From: an uncultured Bacteroidales bacterium | Lineage (GTDB): Bacteria; Bacteroidota; Bacteroidia; Bacteroidales; UBA3824 | Reading direction: 5' to 3' | Length of the DNA: 64,000 bases | Assembly: GCA_905234655.1 (NCBI GenBank) | Contig: CAJOJG010000004.1 | Coordinates: forward strand, 4,111-68,110 | Part shown: in pieces, positions 45,837 through 54,655 of the stretch | How positions within the stretch are numbered: position 1 is the stretch's first letter | Layout of the letters: each line of letters begins with the position of its first letter | Translations under genes and position numbers: made by a program | Notes under the pieces: generated by a model | The model's database searches: none | Told to the model about the DNA's origin: nothing | The model's input: the letters and a program-made list of their open reading frames with translations, nothing else

Positions 45837-47948
45837 ATGCCTTCGCTGCTCGACACGGACATAAAATTTTTGGCCGGAGTAGGTCCGCAACGCGCTGAGA
45901 GCCTGCGAAAAGAACTCGGAATCAGCACGTTTGGGGATTTGGCGTATTATTTCCCGTATAAGTACATCGACAAGAGCAAGTTCTATTACACCACCGACAT
46001 ACACTCCGACGCTGTGAGCGTCCAATTAAAAGGTGTCATCTCCGATTTCCGCACCGAAGGCACTGGCCATAAGCAACGCCTTGTCGCGCGGTTCACCGAC
46101 GAGAAGGGCAGCATCGAGTTGATATGGTTCAAAGGCTTGCAGTGGGTCGAGAAGTCAGTCATAAAGGGCAAGGAGTACATCATCTACGGAAAACCGGCAT
46201 ATTATAATGGTGTCTATAACATTCCGCACCCCGAAATCGACGACCCTATTAAGGTTCAGCAGTCGGGTTTCCAGTATAAGTTCACTGCCCAATATTCGAC
46301 CTCCGAAGGCCTGAAAAACAGCAAGATAACGAGCCGCGCCATTGGAAAGATTGTTCAGAACCTGTGGAAGGCGGTGACACAGCCGCTGCCCGAGACCCTG
46401 CCGCAATACCTTATCCAGCAGTTCAAACTCATGCCGCTTACAGACGCCCTGCGCGCCGTCCATCTTCCGACGAGCGAGAGCCAACTCGAGGCGGCGAGGG
46501 CAAGGCTGAAGTTCGAGGAACTGTTCTATATCCAGCTGAACATACTGCGGTTCAAGCGTGACAAAATGGCAAAGTCGCGCGGCTTTGTATTCTCGAAAGT
46601 CGGCGATGTGTTCAATAATTTCTATTCCCACTATCTCCCTTTCCCATTGACAAACGCGCAAAAGCGTGTCATAAAGGAAATCCGAGCCGACTTCCTTTCC
46701 GGCCGCCAGAGCAACCGCCTTATCCAGGGCGATGTCGGCAGCGGAAAGACGCTCGTGGCGTTGATGAGCATGTTGATAGCCATCGACAACGGCTTTCAGA
46801 CCTGCATAATGTCACCGACTGAAATACTTGCAAACCAGCATTTCGCGACTATAAAAGAGTTCCTGAAGGACATGCCGCTTAAGGTCGCGCTTTTGACAGG
46901 CTCTTCGACTGCTAAGGAACGCCGCTCAATCCATGCCGCGCTCCAGGACGGCTCGATGAACATACTTGTCGGCACTCATGCGCTCATAGAGGACGACGTC
47001 AAGTTCCTAAACCTCGGGCTTGCCGTCATCGACGAGCAGCACCGTTTTGGCGTTGCGCAGAGGGCAAAACTCTACGCAAAAAACAGCGTCATGCCGCCTC
47101 ACGTCCTGGTCATGACAGCCACGCCAATCCCACGGACGCTCTCGATGACATTATACGGCGACCTCGACATCAGCGTCATAGACGAGCTGCCGCCCGGACG
47201 AAAGCCTGTGAAAACTATACATTCGTATGATTCCAAACGCCTGATGGTCTTTAAGTTCCTACGCGACCAGATAGCCGAGGGCAGGCAGGTGTATATCGTG
47301 TATCCATTGATAGAGGAGTCGAAGAATTTTGACTATAAAGACCTCACTGACGGCTATGAGGCTATAACGAGGGCATTCCCGCCGCCTGAATACCACGTGA
47401 GCGTTGTCCACGGACGGTTAAAGCCCGACGAGAAGGAGTACGAGATGCAGCGTTTCATAAAGGGCGAGACCCAAATCATGGTCGCGACGACGGTCATCGA
47501 GGTCGGCGTCAATGTGCCAAACGCCTCGATAATGGTCATCGAAAGCGCGGAAAAGTTTGGACTGTCACAGCTCCACCAGCTCCGTGGGCGTGTCGGGCGG
47601 GGCGCGAGCCAGAGTTATTGCATACTGATGAGCGACTACAAACTCTCCTCGGACGCACGGCGGCGGCTCGACATAATGTGCGAGACGACGGACGGTTTCA
47701 GGATTTCGGAAGAAGACCTCAAGCTTCGCGGCCCCGGCGACATGGACGGCACCCAGCAGAGCGGCACTCCGCTTCAACTCCACATCGCCGACCTCAACCA
47801 TGACGGTCAACTCCTCATGGCGGCGCGTAACGCTGCGTCCGACATACTCGACAAGGATCCTGGGCTTGAAAGGCCGGAGAACGAGATTTTGAGGACGAGG
47901 CAGAGTGTGATTTTTAACAAACAACAGAACTGGAGCAGGATTTCATAA
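45837..47948 (+). CDS. recG: ATP-dependent DNA helicase RecG
   Basis: 703 aa with a wedge domain, helicase motifs QGDVGSGKT, VIDEQHRFGV and MTATPIPRT, and the C-terminal HQLRGRVGRG. Confidence 0.95.
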   Translation: MPSLLDTDIKFLAGVGPQRAESLRKELGISTFGDLAYYFPYKYIDKSKFYYTTDIHSDAVSVQLKGVISDFRTEGTGHKQRLVARFTDEKGSIELIWFKGLQWVEKSVIKGKEYIIYGKPAYYNGVYNIPHPEIDDPIKVQQSGFQYKFTAQYSTSEGLKNSKITSRAIGKIVQNLWKAVTQPLPETLPQYLIQQFKLMPLTDALRAVHLPTSESQLEAARARLKFEELFYIQLNILRFKRDKMAKSRGFVFSKVGDVFNNFYSHYLPFPLTNAQKRVIKEIRADFLSGRQSNRLIQGDVGSGKTLVALMSMLIAIDNGFQTCIMSPTEILANQHFATIKEFLKDMPLKVALLTGSSTAKERRSIHAALQDGSMNILVGTHALIEDDVKFLNLGLAVIDEQHRFGVAQRAKLYAKNSVMPPHVLVMTATPIPRTLSMTLYGDLDISVIDELPPGRKPVKTIHSYDSKRLMVFKFLRDQIAEGRQVYIVYPLIEESKNFDYKDLTDGYEAITRAFPPPEYHVSVVHGRLKPDEKEYEMQRFIKGETQIMVATTVIEVGVNVPNASIMVIESAEKFGLSQLHQLRGRVGRGASQSYCILMSDYKLSSDARRRLDIMCETTDGFRISEEDLKLRGPGDMDGTQQSGTPLQLHIADLNHDGQLLMAARNAASDILDKDPGLERPENEILRTRQSVIFNKQQNWSRIS

Positions 47949-47966
47949 CACAAACTACTAAATATC

Positions 47967-48656
47967 ATGGCAATAGCAGCGTCATACGTGACTCCGAAAA
48001 TGGAGCTCCACGACCTCATAGAGCGCAACAACAGGCTTTTGTTGCTGATGGAACATTTCGGCACTGGATTTACGGTGGCCGACATGGACATCGTGCATTT
48101 TTGTGAGCAGCACAACATCAACCCCGACATTTTCACATCGTTCTGCAACCTATATAACGGCAACACTTCAGCCCTCTACGTCCCGAAGAATGCGGAAGAT
48201 GTGGAACAGATAATCTCGTTCCTCGAAAACTCCCACCGCTACTACCTCGACGAGATGTACCCAGAGATTAAGTATTATATCCACAAACTCAGCGAGATAA
48301 ACACCGACACTGACAATGTGGCGTTGTTGGAAAGTTTCTTCGAGTCGTACATCAAGGAGGTCACTAAGCACCTCGAATGGGAACAGAATGTGATTTTCCC
48401 GCTGTTGAGGAGCGTGTGCGACGGGTCGCTGCCGATAGAGGACTTCCGCCGCAGGATTAAACGCACGCGCCACGATTCGCACGAGGACATCGCCATCAAG
48501 CTCCGTGACCTCAAGAACCTTTTGCTCAAGCACATACGCCTGAAAGATTCTAATGGCTACAAGCGCAAGCTCCTTTCGGCGATTTTCGAGTTCCAGTTTG
48601 ACCTCGACATACATTCTATCATCGAGGACAAGGTGCTGATGGCGATTAAACAGTGA
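47967..48656 (+). CDS. Hypothetical protein, possibly a hemerythrin-like/RIC-type metal-binding domain
   Basis: 229 aa. The spaced His/Glu segments (HRYYLDEMYPEI, HLEWEQNVIFPLL, HDSHEDI) are reminiscent of hemerythrin cation-binding repeats. This is a weak assignment. Confidence 0.4.
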   Translation: MAIAASYVTPKMELHDLIERNNRLLLLMEHFGTGFTVADMDIVHFCEQHNINPDIFTSFCNLYNGNTSALYVPKNAEDVEQIISFLENSHRYYLDEMYPEIKYYIHKLSEINTDTDNVALLESFFESYIKEVTKHLEWEQNVIFPLLRSVCDGSLPIEDFRRRIKRTRHDSHEDIAIKLRDLKNLLLKHIRLKDSNGYKRKLLSAIFEFQFDLDIHSIIEDKVLMAIKQ

Positions 48657-48665
48657 TTGAAGTGA

Positions 48666-49169
48666 TTGAATAATAGAATTATGAGGAAAATTTTGTGCGC
48701 GGCTTTGGCTGCGGTGATTCCGTTTTTGATGTTTTCATGCAATAAGTCGGACAATCCGGACGCGATAATGTCGGTTCAATGGTATCCAATAGAGCTGCAT
48801 ATCTACGTCCAGGACAAGGATTCAGTGGATTTGCTCAACTACGATTCGGTGTATTATGTCGGCAACGATTTCACGCTGACATACGGCGGCAAGACTTATC
48901 GGGTCGAAACTAAGTACACAGACGAAGACCCGGAACTCGTGCTGCTGATTGACAATGCCAAGCGCAAGTACTGCGCGTATTTCGGCGAGCTCGACGGCAG
49001 CAAGGAGTACGACACTGACTTCATCCTCTGCTGGAGGGACGGCAGCCGTGACACAATCCATTTCACGCGGAAGATAACCGACTTCGCCACCTCCGAGGAC
49101 ACATGGCTGCTAAACGGATCTGACACAGGTCAAAAGACATACATCGGCGAATTCCTGTTGACGAAATGA
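48666..49169 (+). CDS. Hypothetical lipoprotein
   Basis: 167 aa with a lipobox (IPFLMFS|CNKSD). No family was recognised. Confidence 0.55.
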   Translation: MNNRIMRKILCAALAAVIPFLMFSCNKSDNPDAIMSVQWYPIELHIYVQDKDSVDLLNYDSVYYVGNDFTLTYGGKTYRVETKYTDEDPELVLLIDNAKRKYCAYFGELDGSKEYDTDFILCWRDGSRDTIHFTRKITDFATSEDTWLLNGSDTGQKTYIGEFLLTK

Positions 49170-49172
49170 TGT

Positions 49173-49223
49173 GTTATATTTTGCGCAATCTGTGTTTTTT
49201 AAGGAGATTGCGCAAAATATAAC
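49173..49223. repeat. 19-bp perfect inverted repeat (possible terminator or operator)
   Basis: GTTATATTTTGCGCAATCT-[13 nt]-AGATTGCGCAAAATATAAC lies 4 nt after the stop at 49169. Confidence 0.8.
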
Positions 49224-49247
49224 ATGCCATGAAGGCCAATTGACAAT

Positions 49248-49284
49248 AAAAAAGAGCCGCCTTGATTCGATTGTCAGGCGGCTC
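49248..49284 (-). terminator. Rho-independent terminator of the lipoprotein operon
   Basis: Stem GAGCCGCCT/AGGCGGCTC is followed on the minus strand by TTTTTT. Confidence 0.65.
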
Positions 49285-49351
49285 GGTCGTTGAGTTAATG
49301 TTCGATTACTTGTTGTTCGCTATTCGATGACGAGGTGGCTGCCGTTATCGT

Positions 49352-51649
49352 CTATTTTGCAGCGTTATATGCTTCTCTGACTTCTTCTGCGGTTATGGGA
49401 TAGCATGAAACGACAGGTGCTGTGTACATGCATGGTATATCAGGATCCATCCAGCCATTTGTCTGTGCGCCACCGATAGCGAAGAAGTTGATATTGGTCA
49501 AGTTGTCGATGAATCCATCTGTTGTGTTACCATCAGTTCCATTGGGTGAACATGTACTGAGCACTTCTCCATCGACATAGAGTGTCAGTTCGTTGCGGGA
49601 TACGGTTGTTACTACATAGTGCCACTTGTCGTTGCCGTTTAGCCAATCGTTGTATTCAGCCCAGCTGTCTGGCATAGGGCTGTCTACCCATCCAGCATAG
49701 TTGACCAAAAGTTGTCCTTTGTGTCGGAATGTGTAATACTGCCAGTCAGAGTCAACATCACCGTTCTTCATCATGAATATGGGCGACCATTCGTTGATAA
49801 GTATGCCATTGTAATTCTTGATCCAGAAAGATACTGTGAGCGTTCCTGTGTTGGCGCAATCGCCATTCCAAGTACTTGTTGGTAATAATAAATAATTTGA
49901 CCTAATGGCACTACCGTCTGTGTTGTTTTTGTACACAATACCAAACTTGTCGTCGTAGACAAATTCTCCGTCGCCTACAATCTGACATCCGACAAAAGGC
50001 CCATCAGTGATTATTGCTGCTGGTTGGGTCTTGATGTTGAATGTTGTGGATAGTTCGTGGCCGTCATATTCTTTGTATTTTAATGTTACGACAATATCCT
50101 CTCCCAGTGTGGCAGGTATTGAAATTTCGGAGTCATAATACCAAACTGGAACGTTAATTTCGTTAGATTCTGTCCACATCCGAGCCGATACCGACTGTAT
50201 GTAAGATGCAATATTGATATCTGAAGAAAGTATTTCTGTCTGTGTGGGATAATACTCATACGTGTCCTTCGTCAGTTCTACCTTCATGTCATATAACCAT
50301 GGCGACGAAATCTGCTCTTTCTTTACGCTTGCGATTGTGTAGGAAGAACGTTCACCGGTGAGGAAGAAGTTGATTGTGCCTTCTGCATGACCAATGGCAG
50401 ACCAGGTGTACGTTTTGCCCTCAGGATTTGTGGCGACAGAGCGTATGTACAAATAGTTGTTGCCATAGTAGTCGATGGTTATTGTCCATTCTGTGCCGTC
50501 GAGCATAAAGTCTTTGAACTCCTCTGCGGCGATGCCCATTTTATCGTCGGTCGTGACGCTGATTTGTCCGTTGTTTGTCGAGCCTCTCCAATTGCCGCCG
50601 TCGGCACGTACAACAAAGTGTTCTGCGTAGTTATTGTCGTTTATCACAGACCATCCGCTGGTCGATGCAACCAACGCCCAATTATTCCAAAGAAACTCTC
50701 GAGAGGACTTGAAATCGTTGATTTTGATGGTCATTCTTTGATATTGGTAGAGGGGGTATGTGGACGACCAGTTTGTCCACCAGTCACCGAAGGTTAATGT
50801 CTCCGGTTCGAAGTAGGAGATGTTGCCATACCTGTAGCATACGCCGCGTTCAAGGGTTACGTCGTGGTCGTTGACTTCGCTGTATGTTTTGCCGTCTGTG
50901 GTGGTGAATGTGAATTTCAGCGCACCGGCTTTCACCGTGCAGGGTTTGAGCATTGCAGCGTATGCCCAGCCGCTGTTCGCAGTGCCGGAGAGTGTGATTT
51001 TGTTCGAAGTGCCGCCTTTAATCACTGGCGCGAGGCTGTCTTTTGAGACTTCGATGTCGATGTCGCCGGCGATTGGTGTGCCGTCTGTAGCCTCGATGGT
51101 GATGTTGCTGAAGTACGAGTCTCTTGCCACGAACGAAATCATTGTTGTCGCGTTCTGGAATGCGAACTTCTTGGCGTCGCCGGTGGTGTATGCCACGCTC
51201 AGTGCTGCGTTGCCGTCCATGTTGTCGCCCACGAAGTTCTGTTCGGTGGGGATTGTGGCGGAGATTACGTTGCCGTCGATTTTCGCGGTGGACTGGTAGG
51301 GGTAGAGCGCAAAGTACTCTTTCGCTTCTGGTGCTTGGCCTTCGAAGATGGCTTTTGAACCGTCTACAAGGGATGCACCGAATTTGGATGCCACGGAATC
51401 GGTGGAGAACACGGCGATTTGGTCGGTCTGAAGGAAGTTGACTTCTGACGATGAGCCGTAAGCCAACATGGACCAGCCGTTGGAGAGCGTCGTCTTGGAG
51501 AGCGAGGCGGGGGTGCCGTTGACAGCGGTGAATTGTATCTGTCCGCTGCCGCTGCCGCTGATGTTTTGCAGCAGTTCTTCGTCGTCGGTACATGCCGAGA
51601 GTGCCAAGAGTGCTGCTGGCAGTATGTATTTGAATTTGTTTAGTTTCAT
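49352..51649 (-). CDS. Surface lipoprotein: fimbrillin-like N-domain plus LamG/concanavalin-like C-domain
   Basis: 765 aa with a lipobox (LLALSA|CTDDE). The N-domain is paralogous to the next gene (AIFEGQAPEAKEYFALYPYQSTAKIDGNVISATIPTEQ). The C-terminal jelly-roll-like segment reads TLTVSFWIKNYNG..WHYVVTTVSRNELTLYVDGEV. Confidence 0.7.
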   Translation of the reverse strand: MKLNKFKYILPAALLALSACTDDEELLQNISGSGSGQIQFTAVNGTPASLSKTTLSNGWSMLAYGSSSEVNFLQTDQIAVFSTDSVASKFGASLVDGSKAIFEGQAPEAKEYFALYPYQSTAKIDGNVISATIPTEQNFVGDNMDGNAALSVAYTTGDAKKFAFQNATTMISFVARDSYFSNITIEATDGTPIAGDIDIEVSKDSLAPVIKGGTSNKITLSGTANSGWAYAAMLKPCTVKAGALKFTFTTTDGKTYSEVNDHDVTLERGVCYRYGNISYFEPETLTFGDWWTNWSSTYPLYQYQRMTIKINDFKSSREFLWNNWALVASTSGWSVINDNNYAEHFVVRADGGNWRGSTNNGQISVTTDDKMGIAAEEFKDFMLDGTEWTITIDYYGNNYLYIRSVATNPEGKTYTWSAIGHAEGTINFFLTGERSSYTIASVKKEQISSPWLYDMKVELTKDTYEYYPTQTEILSSDINIASYIQSVSARMWTESNEINVPVWYYDSEISIPATLGEDIVVTLKYKEYDGHELSTTFNIKTQPAAIITDGPFVGCQIVGDGEFVYDDKFGIVYKNNTDGSAIRSNYLLLPTSTWNGDCANTGTLTVSFWIKNYNGILINEWSPIFMMKNGDVDSDWQYYTFRHKGQLLVNYAGWVDSPMPDSWAEYNDWLNGNDKWHYVVTTVSRNELTLYVDGEVLSTCSPNGTDGNTTDGFIDNLTNINFFAIGGAQTNGWMDPDIPCMYTAPVVSCYPITAEEVREAYNAAK

Positions 51650-51672
51650 GATTTGTGATGTTTAGTTAGGGG

Positions 51673-53493
51673 TTAAAATGGTTGGGATGTCCAGCCTTCG
51701 TGCGAGGAGGCGTTTTCGTCGCTCTCGAGTATTGGCGTGAACTTCAGGTCTTTTAGTTCCTCAAGGATGCTTACGGAAACTTGCTGTCCGTTCTTGTAGA
51801 TGTTGCCGTCTTGGTCTTTCCATCCTTTGAGGATTTTTCCGTCTTCGTGGTAGTAGGATGATACGTAGAACGATGTGTGGTTTTCGGTGAAGTAGTTGTT
51901 GCCGACGTTCAGTGTGTCGCCGTTTTCTGTGTAGTAGTCGAGGGCGTATTTCTTGTACCATTTTGTGTGGATGGTAAGGTCGGAGTACGAGAAATTGTAT
52001 CCATATCCGTATACTTGCCAAACGCTTTGGTTTTCGTCTGTTGTGTAGTAGTAACCGAAGTCGTATCCGTCGCGTGTGGGATAGTACGTACTGCTCAAAA
52101 CAGCATTTTCGCTCCACCAGTTTTTGTACAGTATGATTTGGTATTGATAAGTTTCGTTGTTCCAAGACTGCAATTCCAAGCCGTCAGTTGCATTGAAACT
52201 TGTGTCAATCCTACTGTTGCCCTCGGCGAATACGCCGCCGTCAGCGTCGATAGTAAGCCTGTAATTGATTGCTTCTGTGCTTGTGTAGACTGTAAGGCTC
52301 GTGTCGGATGTTATTACGTCGCCGGGCTGCTTGAGTTCGCCATTGACGCTCCAGCCGAGGAACTTATAGCCGTGGAGTTCAGGCGCGGCTGCGAGCGTGA
52401 TTTCGTCGCCGGGTTGGAATATGACAGGGTCGATGCTGCCATCTGCATAGTTCAATACAAAGCCATCCACCCATTCTGCGGTCAGTTCGGTATCTTCGTA
52501 GAAATGTGCGGAAATCCAAGTGTTGGCGGCATGCAGTTTGCCGTCGGGAGTTTTCCAACCTGCGAAATGGAGGGTGCCGTTAGTTACGTCGCCGATTGAC
52601 GGTGTGGAAAAGCCATTGCCTTCGAGAACTGTGAGTGTGTCGAATGTAACACCCTCGACACCTGCGTTGAACGTTACTTTGCGGTAGTTGATGTAATCCA
52701 AATTGGCGATTGTGTTTCGTTTGAGGTTGACGTTGTTGTAGGTTCGTGTGCCCGAAACTTTGCCGTCGCGGTAGTATTTTACTTCGAGGTCTACTGTGCC
52801 GACAGGTATTACAGAAACGAAGTTGTCGTAATTGCCGACAAATGGATTGTTGATAGTGACGGTCTTGGAGTCGCCGCCCTCAATCGTCGGGGTGCCGTCG
52901 TCGCCGATCGTGATTTTCACGTCGCCGACGATGTTCTGAGTGGCTGTGATTTCCACTTTTTCGACTGCGAGTGTGTCGGAAAATAAGAACATTATTTCTG
53001 CACCTGCGTTCTTTAGGGCGAACGCTTTTTCCTGTTCGGTGGTTACGCCGACGCTGAGGACGGAGTTGTTGTAGCGGTTGAACTGGCCGTTGATTGTAGT
53101 TGTGTCATAGGACTGCACGGCGGGAATGTTCACTGAGATTACGTTGCCGTCTATGGTCGCGCCTTCCGTGTATGGGAAGAGTGCGTAGTATGTAGCGGCA
53201 TCGTCGGCGTTGCCTTCGAATATTGCGTTGCCGGTATTGATGAACTTGTTGTTCGCGTTGCCTGAGAATACGGATATTTCATCGCCGGTTACAAACTTCT
53301 GCCAGTCGAAAGATTGATACGCCTTCGATAGCGAGCCTGTGTTTTCTGTGCTGGCAGAGAACGCCTTGTTGAATGATGCTGCAACGGGGTTTTGCTGTGG
53401 CGTTTGGTCGGCAAAATCCTCATAGTCGGTGTTGCAGGCTGCTATGCCCACGCTCAGTGCGAGCAGCGCGTATGTTGATTTTTTTAGTTTCAT
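51673..53493 (-). CDS. Surface lipoprotein: fimbrillin-like N-domain plus Listeria-Bacteroides (InlB B-repeat-type) repeats
   Basis: 606 aa with a lipobox (SVGIAA|CNTD). Contains AIFEGNADDAATYYALFPYTEGATIDGNVISVNIPAVQ. Repeated aromatic-GW modules are present (HFAGWKTPDG, YKFLGWSVNGE, ILKGWKDQDGN). Confidence 0.7.
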   Translation of the reverse strand: MKLKKSTYALLALSVGIAACNTDYEDFADQTPQQNPVAASFNKAFSASTENTGSLSKAYQSFDWQKFVTGDEISVFSGNANNKFINTGNAIFEGNADDAATYYALFPYTEGATIDGNVISVNIPAVQSYDTTTINGQFNRYNNSVLSVGVTTEQEKAFALKNAGAEIMFLFSDTLAVEKVEITATQNIVGDVKITIGDDGTPTIEGGDSKTVTINNPFVGNYDNFVSVIPVGTVDLEVKYYRDGKVSGTRTYNNVNLKRNTIANLDYINYRKVTFNAGVEGVTFDTLTVLEGNGFSTPSIGDVTNGTLHFAGWKTPDGKLHAANTWISAHFYEDTELTAEWVDGFVLNYADGSIDPVIFQPGDEITLAAAPELHGYKFLGWSVNGELKQPGDVITSDTSLTVYTSTEAINYRLTIDADGGVFAEGNSRIDTSFNATDGLELQSWNNETYQYQIILYKNWWSENAVLSSTYYPTRDGYDFGYYYTTDENQSVWQVYGYGYNFSYSDLTIHTKWYKKYALDYYTENGDTLNVGNNYFTENHTSFYVSSYYHEDGKILKGWKDQDGNIYKNGQQVSVSILEELKDLKFTPILESDENASSHEGWTSQPF

Positions 53494-53509
53494 GGTTGTT
53501 GCGGTTTAA

Positions 53510-54268
53510 TTAGTGGCCTTCATAATATTCTGAGTTCCATTGCTCCAGGCTTGACGACTTAGCGACTACTGGATAGAGGACCATGTCCTTGTATGTGTCG
53601 AACTTTTCGGAGAGTTTATAGACGACGTCGCTGTCCTGCTCTTTCCAGCCGAGGAGGGAATAGCCGGAGGGAAGGTGGTTTAGCCAGGAGTAGAGGGAGA
53701 ATCGTCCGTTTTCTACGTCGACTGCAGTGTAGGCTATTTGATCTGTATAGCTTGGATTCGTGTAGTCGTAGTGGAAGGTGAGGGTGTACATCTCCAGTTT
53801 CCAAACTGCGTAGAGCGTGGTCGATTGGGCTTCGATGCTGTCTCCGGCGTTGTAGGTGATTTCCTTGGAGTCTTTTGATGTGCTCCAGCCGAGGAAGGAG
53901 TAGCCTTTGCGCGATGCCGACGGGAGTGTTGCCGCGTCGTCGAACTGCAGGTTCTCGACTTCGATGTCCGAGCCGGTCACGTCGAATGTTACTGTGAAGG
54001 CTGGTTCAGGAGGATTGATTGTCGTGGTGTCCGTCGGATTGGTGGTTGTGGTGTCCGTCGGGTTGGTGGTTGTGGTGTCCGTCGGATTGTCGGGTTTGAC
54101 CGTCGGGTCGTCGGGTTTGTTTTGGTTGGACGTTGTGTCCTGCGTGGATGGGGTAGGGGAGGGTGTTGGCTCTGGGTCGTCGTCATCGTCGCTGCCGCAT
54201 GATGAAAGCGTCAGTGAGTATGATAACGCCACTGCAAGTCCTACCATGATGAAAAAGCGTTTTTTCAT
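53510..54268 (-). CDS. Lipoprotein with a Thr/Pro-rich tandem-repeat linker and two Listeria-Bacteroides-type repeats
   Basis: The likely start is MKKRFFIMVGLAVALSYSLTLSS|CGSDDDDD at 54268. The linker is (NPTDTTTT)x3. The repeats are GYSFLGWSTSKD and GYSLLGWKEQDSD. The track ORF start at 54385 lies on the promoter box. Confidence 0.7.
   Translation of the reverse strand: MKKRFFIMVGLAVALSYSLTLSSCGSDDDDDPEPTPSPTPSTQDTTSNQNKPDDPTVKPDNPTDTTTTNPTDTTTTNPTDTTTINPPEPAFTVTFDVTGSDIEVENLQFDDAATLPSASRKGYSFLGWSTSKDSKEITYNAGDSIEAQSTTLYAVWKLEMYTLTFHYDYTNPSYTDQIAYTAVDVENGRFSLYSWLNHLPSGYSLLGWKEQDSDVVYKLSEKFDTYKDMVLYPVVAKSSSLEQWNSEYYEGH
54017..54088 (-). repeat. 24-bp in-frame tandem repeat x3 (encodes NPTDTTTT)
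   Basis: The plus strand shows ggtggttgtggtgtccgtcgg(a/g)tt repeated three times. Confidence 0.85.
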
Positions 54269-54382
54269 TTTAGTTGGTGGATTAATAGTTAATTTTTCCC
54301 GCCTAAACTGTCCCAAAATGGCGGAGTTGTCTGTTTTTTTATGGAATTTGGACGTTTGTTTAAAGTTTGTTAAAACTTTTTG

Positions 54383-54390
54383 CAAATGTA
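54383..54390 (-). promoter_or_regulatory. Putative -7 promoter box for the lipoprotein operon
   Basis: The minus strand reads TACATTTG, 115 nt upstream of the ATG at 54268. Confidence 0.35.
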
Positions 54391-54425
54391 TGAAAATACA
54401 GAGGTGGTAAAAAATTTTTGGACTG

Positions 54426-54440
54426 TTTTTTTTTTTTTTT
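54426..54440. repeat. Homopolymer T15 (A15 on the operon strand)
   Basis: I counted 15 consecutive T in gactgTTTTTTTTTTTTTTTgataac. The tract lies 36-57 nt upstream of the putative -7 box. Confidence 0.9.
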
Positions 54441-54600
54441 GATAACGCGTTGATTTTTAGTTAGTTGCAAGGGTTGGAATTTGGCTTTTTTGGCAGTTTT
54501 AGGATTCTATTTGTTGAATAATGGTTATAAATAATTTGCATATAGGGTTGTATATTTGACTTGTTGGTGGTATTTTTATGTGGATACGTTGAATTTATAC

Positions 54601-54655
54601 AAAAAAATCGCGATTGTCTGCTGTAATCTCGATTTTTTTTTTGAGATTACAGCAG
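54601..54655 (-). terminator. Hairpin/terminator overlapping the 3' end of the BASS gene
   Basis: A 13-bp perfect stem CTGCTGTAATCTC/GAGATTACAGCAG with a T-rich loop encloses the TAA (54649-54647). A T-run follows on the minus strand about 10 nt downstream. Confidence 0.45.

Noticed and set aside
54269-54646. Invertible-promoter (shufflon-type) switch upstream of the lipoprotein operon. A second TAnnTTTG box (TATATTTG, 54549-54556) points away from the operon.
   Set aside because: I found no flanking inverted repeats longer than ~7 bp that could serve as recombinase sites, and no nearby recombinase gene.
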